Origin: Actinomycetota bacterium
Lineage (GTDB): Bacteria; Actinomycetota; Acidimicrobiia; Actinomarinales; Actinomarinaceae
Direction: 5' to 3'
Assembly: GCA_014239265.1 (NCBI GenBank)
Contig: JAAZZH010000005.1
Coordinates: forward strand, 1,030-65,029
DNA length: 64,000 bases
In this document: positions 20,276 to 29,869 of the stretch, one piece after another
Layout: every line of letters begins with the position of its first letter
How positions within the stretch are numbered: the stretch's first letter is position 1
Made by a program: the position numbers and the translations under genes
The notes under the pieces: generated by a model
The model's database searches: none
What the model saw: only the letters and a program-made list of their open reading frames with translations
Told to the model about the DNA's origin: nothing

Positions 20276-20292
20276 TTGCAAACTGTTTGCAT
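20276..20292 (+). promoter_or_regulatory. Nur-box-like operator upstream of nikQ/cbiQ
   Basis: TTGCAA-ACTGT-TTGCAT, containing the perfect 7-1-7 palindrome TGCAAAC-T-GTTTGCA, directly upstream of a TAATAT -10. Confidence 0.7.
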
Positions 20293-20304
20293 TAATATGA
20301 ACCT

Positions 20305-21066
20305 ATGCAAACAACACATTCTCACCATTTATCTCTTCATGGTAAGTCACAACTTCATGGCATAAGCCCTCAACTTAAAATTCTTTCTGTGTTGTTGATT
20401 GTCATTTCAATTGCTTTTTCAAAAATTATTAATCCCATTCAAATTCTATCCCATGCTCTCATAGTTTTTCTTATTATCAGATATTCAAAAATTCCGATCA
20501 AGACTTATCTCAAGAGACTAACTATTGATATTCCCTTCATCTTATTTGCCCTATTTTTGCCCTTTTTAAGCAGTGGTAATAATGATGTAGTAACAACAAT
20601 CTTTACCCTCGATATCTATAAAACTGGCCTATTGGAGATGTTTGCAATACTCTTTAAGGCCACAGCTGGTCTTTCAATGGGAATTGTCCTTACTGCCACA
20701 ACTACTAATATTGAAATAATTTATGGACTTCAGAAGCTTAAATTGCCCTCAATAATAATTGCAATAATGTCCTTTTCTATCAGGTACATTGATGTTTTTA
20801 TAGATGAATTTAAAAGAGTGAAAGTTTCAATGCAATCTCGAGGCTATATAGAGAAGGGTATTAAGACTTTACTCCCCATAGCCTATGCTTCAGGAGCTAT
20901 GCTAATTAGAGGCTACGAACGTGGTGAAAGAGTTTATCTTTCAATGATTTCAAGAGGTTTTACTGGTGTGATTGAATTACAAGATAGAGAATATACTAAA
21001 TCAAATTATCTAATCTTTCTTACAACAATATCAGTCTTCGTTTTGGTCTTGGATATTAGCTTATGA
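20305..21066 (+). CDS. cbiQ: Ni/Co ECF transporter T component (NikQ/CbiQ)
   Basis: His-rich N-terminus, MQSRG and RGERVYLSMISRGF T-unit motifs. Confidence 0.9.
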   Translation: MQTTHSHHLSLHGKSQLHGISPQLKILSVLLIVISIAFSKIINPIQILSHALIVFLIIRYSKIPIKTYLKRLTIDIPFILFALFLPFLSSGNNDVVTTIFTLDIYKTGLLEMFAILFKATAGLSMGIVLTATTTNIEIIYGLQKLKLPSIIIAIMSFSIRYIDVFIDEFKRVKVSMQSRGYIEKGIKTLLPIAYASGAMLIRGYERGERVYLSMISRGFTGVIELQDREYTKSNYLIFLTTISVFVLVLDISL

Positions 21067-21809
21067 GTAAGTATTTAGAAATCACTAATTTAACCTACGA
21101 ATATCCAGATGGCTATAAAGCTCTTAACGAAATTAGCTTTAACCTTGAAGAGGGTGATTCTCTCGGAATACTTGGACCAAATGGTGCAGGAAAAACTACA
21201 TTAATACTCCATTTAAATGGCATCCTTGGTGAAATGGACGGTTCTATTAAATTAAATAATTTAGAGTTTGTTGAAGATAATTTAGCTGAAATTAGAAAAA
21301 CAGTTGGCGTTGTTTTTCAAGATCCAGACGATCAGTTGTTCATGCCTACTGTCTTAGAAGATGTTATGTTTGGGCCAAAGAATTTTGGGTTTTCAGAAGA
21401 GGCCAGTAGAGAAAATGCCGAAGAAGCATTGAAAATGGTTGGAATGAATGATTATCAGGAGAAAGCTCCACATCACCTAAGCTTTGGGCAAAAAAGAAAA
21501 GTCGCTATTGCTAGTGTCCTTGCATCTAAGCCACAGCTTTTGGTGCTTGATGAACCCAGCTCTAATCTTGACCCCTCTTCGCGAAGAGAATTAATTGATA
21601 TATTACTGTCATTAGAAATCTCTATAGTTCTTGTTACTCACGATTTGCCGATGGCCTTAGAAATTTGTCCAAAAAGTATTGTTGTTAATAGTGGATTAAT
21701 AACAGAAAATGGAAAAACAAAAGATTTGCTTACTAACAATAAGGTAATGAAGGAAAATCGATTAGAGCTCCCCTACGGTTTTGCATTACATCATTTAGAT
21801 GAAGAGTAA
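21063..21809 (+). CDS. cbiO: Ni/Co ECF transporter ATPase (NikO/CbiO)
   Basis: GPNGAGKT, VFQDPDDQLF, HLSFGQKR, LDEP. Confidence 0.9.
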   Translation: MSKYLEITNLTYEYPDGYKALNEISFNLEEGDSLGILGPNGAGKTTLILHLNGILGEMDGSIKLNNLEFVEDNLAEIRKTVGVVFQDPDDQLFMPTVLEDVMFGPKNFGFSEEASRENAEEALKMVGMNDYQEKAPHHLSFGQKRKVAIASVLASKPQLLVLDEPSSNLDPSSRRELIDILLSLEISIVLVTHDLPMALEICPKSIVVNSGLITENGKTKDLLTNNKVMKENRLELPYGFALHHLDEE

Positions 21810-22789
21810 GATTCTGTATTAATAAATTTTGTTATCTTTTCCCTTGCATCTTCTGCTTCCTTAATAGGGAAGAACTGCCAAGCATGCCACAAATCATCCC
21901 AAACTTGTAGCTCATGATTGCTGTTAATCAATTCTAGTTTTTTCGAGAATTCAACTGCATCATTATAAAGCAACTCATTAGAGCAGACTTGAATTAGAAC
22001 ATCTGGAAATGATTTTATATCTGCAAAAACAGGTGAGAGAATTGGATTTGACGGATCATGATCTCCTGAATAATACTCCCCCATCATATGCATCCCATCT
22101 AATAAAATTAAAATATCTTTATTTTTGAGAAAATTTCTATCTTTATTTTTATCAGATAAATCTAGCCATGGCGACATAAGTACTAGTTTTTTAGGTCTTA
22201 GAGAGAATTTGTCATCGACACATAATCCAGTTGCTAATCCACCACCAGCAGATTCACCTATCCATATTGAATTCTTACCTTCTTCAATATTATCTAGAAA
22301 AGTAACTATTTCTTTTGCATCATCGTGAGCATTTGGAAATACTGCTTCAGGGGAAAGTCTATATTCAAATATATAAGTAACCATATTTATTGATGCTGTA
22401 ATTTGAGATAACAGATTCTTGTGAGAGATTACACTTCCAGAATAATAACCTCCTCCATGAAAATATATTGCATATGCATCTTTTTTAGGATTCTTTGGAC
22501 TTAGCTTGTGGGTATTGAATTTAGCATTTTCCATCTTTGTAATCTCGATATCTGGATGAAATTCATTTAATTTAATACCCGAATAATTTATACCGTCACG
22601 AGAAACTTTTGCGAATTCAACTCTTTCTTGGTAGGTTACCTGATTAACTGGTTTGCTCATACGGATCTTATCTCTATATTTTCTGAGAGGCAAAATTATA
22701 TAAAATAAGCGTGTTCTCATAGAAATTGGGAACTTAGGTATGTAATCCAAAGTAAAAACTTCAAGAATCTTGATAATAAGTTTTAACAT
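21791..22789 (-). CDS. Alpha/beta hydrolase (HSL-family esterase/lipase)
   Basis: FHGGG, YRLSPE, GESAGG, LWHAWQ. Confidence 0.9.
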   Translation of the reverse strand: MLKLIIKILEVFTLDYIPKFPISMRTRLFYIILPLRKYRDKIRMSKPVNQVTYQERVEFAKVSRDGINYSGIKLNEFHPDIEITKMENAKFNTHKLSPKNPKKDAYAIYFHGGGYYSGSVISHKNLLSQITASINMVTYIFEYRLSPEAVFPNAHDDAKEIVTFLDNIEEGKNSIWIGESAGGGLATGLCVDDKFSLRPKKLVLMSPWLDLSDKNKDRNFLKNKDILILLDGMHMMGEYYSGDHDPSNPILSPVFADIKSFPDVLIQVCSNELLYNDAVEFSKKLELINSNHELQVWDDLWHAWQFFPIKEAEDAREKITKFINTESYSSSK

Positions 22790-22841
22790 ACTTTAATTAT
22801 ACATTTTATGGAAGATTCCAGAAATCCCTATAATAGTTTAA

Positions 22842-23918
22842 ATGGAAATAGTTAAAGGTAGCATTGCAATCATGGGTTCAGGAGAAACTAGTCCTGCGCT
22901 TGTTTCTGTTCATAGAAAGTTTGTTGAAATGTTGGATAACCAGGTAAAGGCATTTTTAATAGATACTCCCTTTGGATTTCAAGAAAATGCAGATGTACTC
23001 GTTGATAAATTACAACTCTTTTTTAAAAAAAGTGTCCAGATAGAAATTAAATTAGCAAGTTTAAGAAATACTAACAATATTGACTCAGTTGAATATTTTG
23101 AAATGCTTGAACAGCTCAAAAGCTCAAATTTCATATTTTCTGGTCCTGGTAGCCCTAGCTATGCTTCTAAAACCTGGTTACATTCAGAGATTCCAAATGT
23201 ACTTACTAATCATCTAAAGGATGGTAAGCACGCCGTATTTTCAAGCGCAGCTGCTTCTACTATGGGAGAGAAAACAATCCCAGTTTATGAAATATATAAA
23301 GTTGGCATGAATCCTTTTTGGGAAGAAGGTCTAAATATACTTGAGCTTTATGGATTAAGTTGTACAGTTGTACCTCATTTTAATAATAAGGAGGGTGGTA
23401 ATCACGATACAAGCTGTAGTTATATAGGTAAAAATAGATTAAATAGCCTGATTGATAAAGAGTATACAAATATTTTAGGAATTGATGAACATACTGCACT
23501 TGTTATTAATGGTGAAAAAGAAATATTCCGTATCGAGGGAATCGGATCAGTTACAGTTAAGACAAGAAATGGACAAACAATTTTTGAAGCAGGTAACGAA
23601 TATTCACTTTCAGAATTACAAAGCATTCTTCAAGAAACAAATAAAAAAGTTCTGGAACCTAAAAAAACCTCTTCAGACAATATTGACGTAAATTCTCTCA
23701 AAAAAGAAATAGCAAAACTCAACTTGGAGATAAAAAATAATAATGACTTTACAACTCTATTTGATAAAACAATATTAGAAATCATTAATTTAAGAAATAA
23801 ATTTAGGACTGAAAAGAAATATAGTGAATCTGATGAAATTCGCGATTTACTCGATAACCTTGATATAACAATTGAAGACAATAAAACAGATTCAAGCTGG
23901 AAATTTAAAGGTCAATAG
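22842..23918 (+). CDS. Peptidase S51/cyanophycinase-like domain fused to a CysRS-type C-terminal anticodon-binding helical domain
   Basis: MGSGET, FSGPGSPSY, FSSAAA, VVPHFNN, GIDEHTAL; C-terminus LRNKFRTEKKYSESDEIRDLLDNLDITIED...W. Confidence 0.7.
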   Translation: MEIVKGSIAIMGSGETSPALVSVHRKFVEMLDNQVKAFLIDTPFGFQENADVLVDKLQLFFKKSVQIEIKLASLRNTNNIDSVEYFEMLEQLKSSNFIFSGPGSPSYASKTWLHSEIPNVLTNHLKDGKHAVFSSAAASTMGEKTIPVYEIYKVGMNPFWEEGLNILELYGLSCTVVPHFNNKEGGNHDTSCSYIGKNRLNSLIDKEYTNILGIDEHTALVINGEKEIFRIEGIGSVTVKTRNGQTIFEAGNEYSLSELQSILQETNKKVLEPKKTSSDNIDVNSLKKEIAKLNLEIKNNNDFTTLFDKTILEIINLRNKFRTEKKYSESDEIRDLLDNLDITIEDNKTDSSWKFKGQ

Positions 23919-24723
23919 TTCCGTATCTACCTATTATTTTAAACTTTTTTGTTACCAAATCTAATTTATCTTTCAATTGAGTATCAATATAACCATCAGA
24001 GTTTTGATAATCAATATAAAATTTATACTCCCAGGGACTTCCAATGATTGGTCTAGATTCTAATTTTGTTAAATTAACATTAGTCTCCTCAAATATTTTC
24101 AGAGCAGACAGTAACGAGCCGGGCTTGTCATCTGCTATCAATATTGCGGATCTTTTATTTTTTGATATCTCAAGTTTAGTATCTTGATCTCCGACAAGAA
24201 AAAAACGAGTGTAGTTTTCTACATGGTTTGAAATGTTTTTTTTCAGAACTTTAAAACGACTATCACCTTCAAAATGCTCTCCTGCAATTCCAGCGATAGT
24301 TTCAGATTCTTCATCTAATAAACTTAAGACACTTCCAGCTGTGTCAAACACTGGTTGAAGTTGTACATTCATCTCTTGTAAAAAGTTGCTACATTGTTGA
24401 AGAGCTTGTGGGTGTGAAATAACTCTTTCAATATTTTCAAGTTTTGAATCTTTTAATCCGATGAGCGCGTGTGTAATTTTTTTCTTAAACTCTCCGTATA
24501 CAGTTAATTCACTCTGGATTAAATTTTCGTAAGAATCTACAACAGTCCCAACTAGTGAATTTTCAACAGGGAGTAAACCATAATCGTCTCCACCTGCCTG
24601 GGCAACAACCTCTCTGAATGTCTGACATTCAACATACTGCTTATTAGGAAAATAGCTCTTTAAAACAGACTCTGAATAAGAGCCTTTTGAACCTTGATAA
24701 TATATTTTATTAATATTTTTCAT
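23905..24723 (-). CDS. pheA: Prephenate dehydratase (with ACT domain)
   Basis: YQGSKGSYS, PVENS, SHPQALQQC, NYTRF, NLTKLESRP. Confidence 0.95.
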   Translation of the reverse strand: MKNINKIYYQGSKGSYSESVLKSYFPNKQYVECQTFREVVAQAGGDDYGLLPVENSLVGTVVDSYENLIQSELTVYGEFKKKITHALIGLKDSKLENIERVISHPQALQQCSNFLQEMNVQLQPVFDTAGSVLSLLDEESETIAGIAGEHFEGDSRFKVLKKNISNHVENYTRFFLVGDQDTKLEISKNKRSAILIADDKPGSLLSALKIFEETNVNLTKLESRPIIGSPWEYKFYIDYQNSDGYIDTQLKDKLDLVTKKFKIIGRYGTIDL

Positions 24724-25141
24724 ATAAATAATCGATTGCCTCAATGTAGCCGTCGATACCTTTTCCAGTGATAGTCAAGTCACAAAAATCTGATATTAAG
24801 TTTACTTGTCTAAAATCCTCTCTGTTTTTTATATTACTAATGTGTACTTCAATTGACGGTATCTTAAGTATTGCTAGGGCATCTCTAATTGCAATACTGG
24901 TATGTGTATAGGCTCCTGGGTTAATTATTAGGCCATCAATATCCTCTTGTATTGCTGTATGAAGCTTGGATACGATTTCCCCTTCAACATTTGATTGATA
25001 GGTTTCTAGGTGAAATTTATCAATCGAATAATCTTGTATGATCTCCTTTAGTTCTTGATAAGAAGTTTTTCCATACTTATCTAGCTCTCTAATTCCTAAC
25101 ATATTAATATTTGGACCATTAACCACAAGTATTTTATGCAT
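24710..25141 (-). CDS. aroQ: Type II 3-dehydroquinate dehydratase
   Basis: NGPNINMLGIRE, INPGAYTHTS, EVHISN. Confidence 0.96.
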   Translation of the reverse strand: MHKILVVNGPNINMLGIRELDKYGKTSYQELKEIIQDYSIDKFHLETYQSNVEGEIVSKLHTAIQEDIDGLIINPGAYTHTSIAIRDALAILKIPSIEVHISNIKNREDFRQVNLISDFCDLTITGKGIDGYIEAIDYLYEKY

Positions 25142-26141
25142 AGGTTACCTCATTAAGTAAATCATCTAGATTGAAATCAACTAAAACTGGATTTCCAATA
25201 TTTTTTAGAAGAACGTACTTTACAACATCCTTAGAAAATTTTTTATCGTTAAACAACAGTTCTTTAAGCTGCTCTGGATTACCGCTGAATTTATAGTCAA
25301 TATTAAGGTCTAACTTTTTTAGAAAATTTTCAAAATTGTCAGAAACATTTATATCTAAATTACACATTTTTTCCGATATTTTTAGGGCTTTTAAAATTCC
25401 TATGCCTACTGCTTCTCCATGGGGAATACTATGTTTAGAATCTATCTCAATTAGATGTCCAATAGTGTGACCAAAGTTTAAATACATCCTCTCAGAACTT
25501 TCTTTAAAGTCATTTTTTATTATTTCGTTTTTAATGTCTATAGCTGCTTTTATAAGTTCAATATTAACTTTAGAAATATCAGTTTCATAAACCTGTTGAA
25601 CTAATTCAGGACTCTTTAAGAATCCTGCTTTTATCAACTCAATCAGCCCATTTTTAATTTGTTTATCTGGTAATTCTCCTAAAAACTCTGGGCAAATTAA
25701 TACCTGATCAGGCATCATAAAAGTCCCGATTTGATTTTTTCCATGTGTGGTATTAATTCCATTTTTTCCACCGTGTGCAGCGTCGACCATTGATAAAAGT
25801 GTTGTAGGGATTATTACGAGACCAGTACCTCTTTTATAGGTACTTGAAGCAAATCCAACAGCATCGGATAATACTCCTCCCCCGATGCATAAGACAGTTG
25901 AGCTTCTTTGTATTGACTTCTCAAACATATCTTCCCAAATTTTTGATACGGTATCGAGATTTTTTTTCTCTTCTATAATTTCAATCTCTTTATAGTTTTC
26001 GGATAATTTTTTAAGTTGAGGAAATTTAAATAAAACTTGTTTATCAATGTAGATCCGGGAGATTTTATCATCAGTTAATTTATCACAATAAATCAATAAC
26101 TCATTTAAGTTTTTAAAGTATTTGACATTAGATTCTTGCAA
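25134..26141 (-). CDS. aroB: 3-dehydroquinate synthase
   Basis: GGGVLSD, PTTLLSMVDA, KNQIG, NFGHTIGH, HGEAV. Confidence 0.95.
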   Translation of the reverse strand: MQESNVKYFKNLNELLIYCDKLTDDKISRIYIDKQVLFKFPQLKKLSENYKEIEIIEEKKNLDTVSKIWEDMFEKSIQRSSTVLCIGGGVLSDAVGFASSTYKRGTGLVIIPTTLLSMVDAAHGGKNGINTTHGKNQIGTFMMPDQVLICPEFLGELPDKQIKNGLIELIKAGFLKSPELVQQVYETDISKVNIELIKAAIDIKNEIIKNDFKESSERMYLNFGHTIGHLIEIDSKHSIPHGEAVGIGILKALKISEKMCNLDINVSDNFENFLKKLDLNIDYKFSGNPEQLKELLFNDKKFSKDVVKYVLLKNIGNPVLVDFNLDDLLNEVTYA

Positions 26142-26142
26142 T

Positions 26143-26655
26143 TTATACCCAACCTAGTCGATTAATGATTATCTCCGAAGCTTCTTGAAGGCTATGTTTA
26201 GACATATCGATTGTATTTTTACAGTGCTTATATGTATGAAGTCTTTCAAGATAAATTTTCATTACATTATCTTTTCCAGTAGAGACTAACGGTCTTTTAC
26301 TATCTTTAATATTTTCCCATAGATTTTCAAATTCATTTTTTAAGTAAAAAGTATGTTCTGATTTCAATACCGCAGATTTAATAGGTTTAGATATCATTGA
26401 TCCTCCACCAAGAGAAACCACTGTATTAGAATTTTGATAAATTTTCTGAAAAGCTTTAAGTTCACAATCTCTAAAATATTCCTCCCCGTATTTTTCAAAC
26501 AATTGCTCAATACTTTCTATATCATCTTTACTTTCACTCAAAACAATATCATCTAAATCAAAAGTATGTATTTCTGTATTCAGTTTTAAGATATTCAAAA
26601 CAGAAGATTTTCCAGAACCCATAAACCCAGCTAAAAATGCTGTCTTATTCGACAT
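26143..26655 (-). CDS. aroK: Shikimate kinase
   Basis: GFMGSGKS, GEEYFRDCE, SLGGG, RPL. Confidence 0.93.
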   Translation of the reverse strand: MSNKTAFLAGFMGSGKSSVLNILKLNTEIHTFDLDDIVLSESKDDIESIEQLFEKYGEEYFRDCELKAFQKIYQNSNTVVSLGGGSMISKPIKSAVLKSEHTFYLKNEFENLWENIKDSKRPLVSTGKDNVMKIYLERLHTYKHCKNTIDMSKHSLQEASEIIINRLGWV

Positions 26656-27817
26656 CGTATTTCATACTCCATAATTCATTTTTTATATTGAATTCGTTAA
26701 TTTCAAGTTTTGGAATATTGTTAAAACTTTGAGTTATTTCTTTTTTATGATCTCCTCCTGTTTTGATTAGTAGATTATTTAATATTTCAAATGCCATGAT
26801 TGCTTCAAATATTGGTATGGCCCTTGGCACAGCACATGTATCAGAACGTTCATAGACTGTTTCCGTTTCAATTTTTTCGGCTAAGTCTATGCTATTAATT
26901 GGGGTTAAAGTAGTACTGATTGGTTTTAAATATGCCGTAATGTGTAACTCTTCACCATTTGTCATACCTCCCTCGAAACCACCGAGGTTATTTGAAATCT
27001 TGGTTATTTTTTTTCCATCTAGAGAGTACTGATCTTGAACTTCTGTACCAAATTTTTTAGCAATATCAACTCCTTTTCCAATCTCGACAGCCTTTACGCT
27101 TTGAACAGACATAAACTGTTTTGCAAGAATTGCATCAAGTTTTTTATCCCAGTGTACGAAGCTACCAATTGTAGCTGGAACTCCTGTTGCTACACATGTT
27201 ATAGAGCCCCCAAGGGTATCCTTATTTTTTCTCGCTGAAAGAATCTCTTCTTCCATCAATTTACTAGTTGCAACTTCAGGACATCCAACTTCAGACTCTG
27301 TAACTTTATCCCTCTCGATTTTATCTTTAATTTTATTTTTATAGGAAATGCCTCCTATTGCTGATACGTATCCTGTGACTTCAATCCCCAGTTCTTCAAG
27401 CACCTCTGATGCAATCGCCCCTATTGCAGTTCTCATAGCAGTTTCTCTCGCACTTGCTCTTTCTAAAACTAATCTGATATCTTCATGGTTATACTTTGCT
27501 GTTCCAACTAAATCTGCATGTCCCGGTCTCGGCACTACATAGGGATCTATTTCCTTATCTTTCCAGTTTTTCCAATCTTTATTTAATATTCGTAAAGCAA
27601 TTGGCGCTCCAGTAGAAACTCCATTGACGACACCTGAGCTAATTAAAACTTCATCTTGTTCAATGTTCATTCTGCCCCCGGAACCAACACCTTTTTGTCT
27701 CCTTTGTAAAAAGCTATCTATATATTTTTTTGAAATATTAAAACCAGCCGGTATGCCTTCTAAAATTCCAGTTAACTCGGGACCATGGCTTTCGCCGGCG
27801 GTTAGATATCTAATCAC
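26645..27817 (-). CDS. aroC: Chorismate synthase
   Basis: TAGESHG, PRPGHAD, ERASARET, KPIST. Confidence 0.97.
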   Translation of the reverse strand: MIRYLTAGESHGPELTGILEGIPAGFNISKKYIDSFLQRRQKGVGSGGRMNIEQDEVLISSGVVNGVSTGAPIALRILNKDWKNWKDKEIDPYVVPRPGHADLVGTAKYNHEDIRLVLERASARETAMRTAIGAIASEVLEELGIEVTGYVSAIGGISYKNKIKDKIERDKVTESEVGCPEVATSKLMEEEILSARKNKDTLGGSITCVATGVPATIGSFVHWDKKLDAILAKQFMSVQSVKAVEIGKGVDIAKKFGTEVQDQYSLDGKKITKISNNLGGFEGGMTNGEELHITAYLKPISTTLTPINSIDLAEKIETETVYERSDTCAVPRAIPIFEAIMAFEILNNLLIKTGGDHKKEITQSFNNIPKLEINEFNIKNELWSMKYDVE

Positions 27818-28599
27818 TTTTCACCTTCCAATTTGTTTAATACTTCACCATAAATACTACTTATACTTACTGCCGCAGATGTCCATATATTAAAAGACTC
27901 TATGGCCTGACAGATTAACATTCCTAATCCATCATATTTTAAGATTGAATCATCAAAATTATTTAAAAAAGTATTTTCTGATCCATAACCAAGATTTATT
28001 ACAGTTTTTAAATTAACTAATTCATGCCACTTTATTGGTAGTTCGACATTTTCATATGGTGACATCCCTACAGGGGTTGTATTTATGACCATTCCTATTT
28101 TAGAACTTAGATTAGGAACATCATTATACGAAATAGTATTATCTCTAAGTGATCGACTCACAATGTGATATTTAATATTTAATAGTTTTAAAGAGTATGC
28201 TATTGCCTTTGAACTTCCACCAGAACCAAGAATTAAAACTTCCATTTTGTTAAAGTTATGATCAATCAAATCTAGAAAGTCCATAAAGCCAGAAAAGTCA
28301 GTATTAAATAAATGCATTCTTGAATTTTTAATTAAAACCGTATTGCAAGCTCCAATTTCTAAAACACTTTTACTTAGGATTGCAGTATCATCAAAAGCCA
28401 GTATTTTTTCTTTGTGTGGAATTGTAATGTTGTATCCATGAAAGTCCTGATTTATTTTTAAAATTGTTTCTTGATTAATATTTTCTTTTCTGATTGAACT
28501 GTAAGAACCTTTAATACCAGTGTGATCAAATAATAATTCATGTATCTGTGGTGAAAATGTCTTCGTCAGAGGCCAACCAAGTACTCCAAATTTATTCAA
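27814..28599 (-). CDS. aroE: Shikimate dehydrogenase
   Basis: SPQIH, NITIPHK, GACNT, NTDF, GSGG, NTTPVGM, DGLGML. Confidence 0.92.
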   Translation of the reverse strand: MNKFGVLGWPLTKTFSPQIHELLFDHTGIKGSYSSIRKENINQETILKINQDFHGYNITIPHKEKILAFDDTAILSKSVLEIGACNTVLIKNSRMHLFNTDFSGFMDFLDLIDHNFNKMEVLILGSGGSSKAIAYSLKLLNIKYHIVSRSLRDNTISYNDVPNLSSKIGMVINTTPVGMSPYENVELPIKWHELVNLKTVINLGYGSENTFLNNFDDSILKYDGLGMLICQAIESFNIWTSAAVSISSIYGEVLNKLEGEK

Positions 28600-29869
28600 T
28601 TATCTCACCACCTATTTTGTTTATATCATCAAAGAATGAAGGATATGAGTCGTTAATACACTGAATATTATCAGGAAGGATTTTCTTACTAAGGGTTAAG
28701 TTAGCTACTAAAGCTGTCATTGAAATCCTATGATCATCTTTTGTTTTTATGACTCCCGCATCTAAATTTTGCTTCCCTATTATTTTAAATCCATCAGGAT
28801 ACATTTTAATTTTTCCATTTAGCGCTTGTATAAACTCTTTCATAGATTCAAGACGATCCGATTCTTTTATTCTCAACTCTTCGGCACCCCTCAAAGTTGT
28901 CTCTCCTTCCGCTTGAGATGCTAAAAAGGTCAATAAAGGAATCTCATCAATTAGGTCGGGAATTTCATCAGGCTCTATCCGTGTAGCTATTAATTCTGAC
29001 TTAATAACTTCAATATCTCCTATTAGTTCATTTCCAACTTCAGTGATATTGCTTATTGTGATGTTTCCATTCATTCTTTTTAGAATTTTGAGAAAACCAA
29101 TACGCCTTTCATTGATAAGAACTTTTTTGAGAACTATTTTATCTGACGACAAAATACCTATTGCAATAAGAAAGGCTGCTGATGATATGTCTGAGGGTAT
29201 CCTAAAACTGCTAGGTTTCAAAACCTGGTTGGGAGGAACAGTGATAGAGGAACCCATCCTGACTAACCCCACTCCCATGTGTGAAAGCATCCTCTCTGTA
29301 TGGTCTCTTGTGGGAACGTTCTCTGTTATTACAGTTGGTTCTTGGTGATATAAAGAAGCTATAATTAACGCGCTTTTTACCTGTGCGCTAGGAACAATTG
29401 TATTTATAGTGTTGAATGCAGATTCTGTTTTTTCGAACTTTATTGGTAAATATCCTTCATTGGACTTAATACCTGAACCATGCTCAGTTAAAAGATTAAT
29501 AACTCTTCCCATTGGTCTTTTGCTTAATTGACTACTTCCGATCAACTCTGAGGAAAAGTTTTGCCTGGCAAGCAAACCTGTTAGAAGACGGGCAGTGGTT
29601 CCTGAACTTTTTGCATCTAAGGCCTGTTTTGACTTAGATAAACCGTTAAGCCCTACTCCATGAATAACAAGAGTATTGAGTTCTTTAACCTCTATGTTTA
29701 CGCCTAAAGAGTTGAAGATTTCAATAGTTGCAGTTGTATCTCCAGATATTAAAACATTAGAAAACTCAGATACTCCCTCAGCTATTGATCCAAATATTAT
29801 TGATCTATGAGAAATTGACTTATCACCTATTAAGGAAATTTCACCTGAAAGCTTTTTTTCAGGATTCAA
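28592..29869 (-). CDS. aroA: EPSP synthase (class II)
   Basis: GDKSISHR, SAQVKSA, RDHTE, KESDR, DHRI. Confidence 0.96.
   Translation of the reverse strand: MNPEKKLSGEISLIGDKSISHRSIIFGSIAEGVSEFSNVLISGDTTATIEIFNSLGVNIEVKELNTLVIHGVGLNGLSKSKQALDAKSSGTTARLLTGLLARQNFSSELIGSSQLSKRPMGRVINLLTEHGSGIKSNEGYLPIKFEKTESAFNTINTIVPSAQVKSALIIASLYHQEPTVITENVPTRDHTERMLSHMGVGLVRMGSSITVPPNQVLKPSSFRIPSDISSAAFLIAIGILSSDKIVLKKVLINERRIGFLKILKRMNGNITISNITEVGNELIGDIEVIKSELIATRIEPDEIPDLIDEIPLLTFLASQAEGETTLRGAEELRIKESDRLESMKEFIQALNGKIKMYPDGFKIIGKQNLDAGVIKTKDDHRISMTALVANLTLSKKILPDNIQCINDSYPSFFDDINKIGGEIIE

Noticed and set aside
19007-23918. A joint recoding system formed by CsaA, the UGA gene and the CysRS-domain fusion
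   Set aside because: Only loose proximity in different transcription units; no tRNA, selB-like gene or other link visible in the window.
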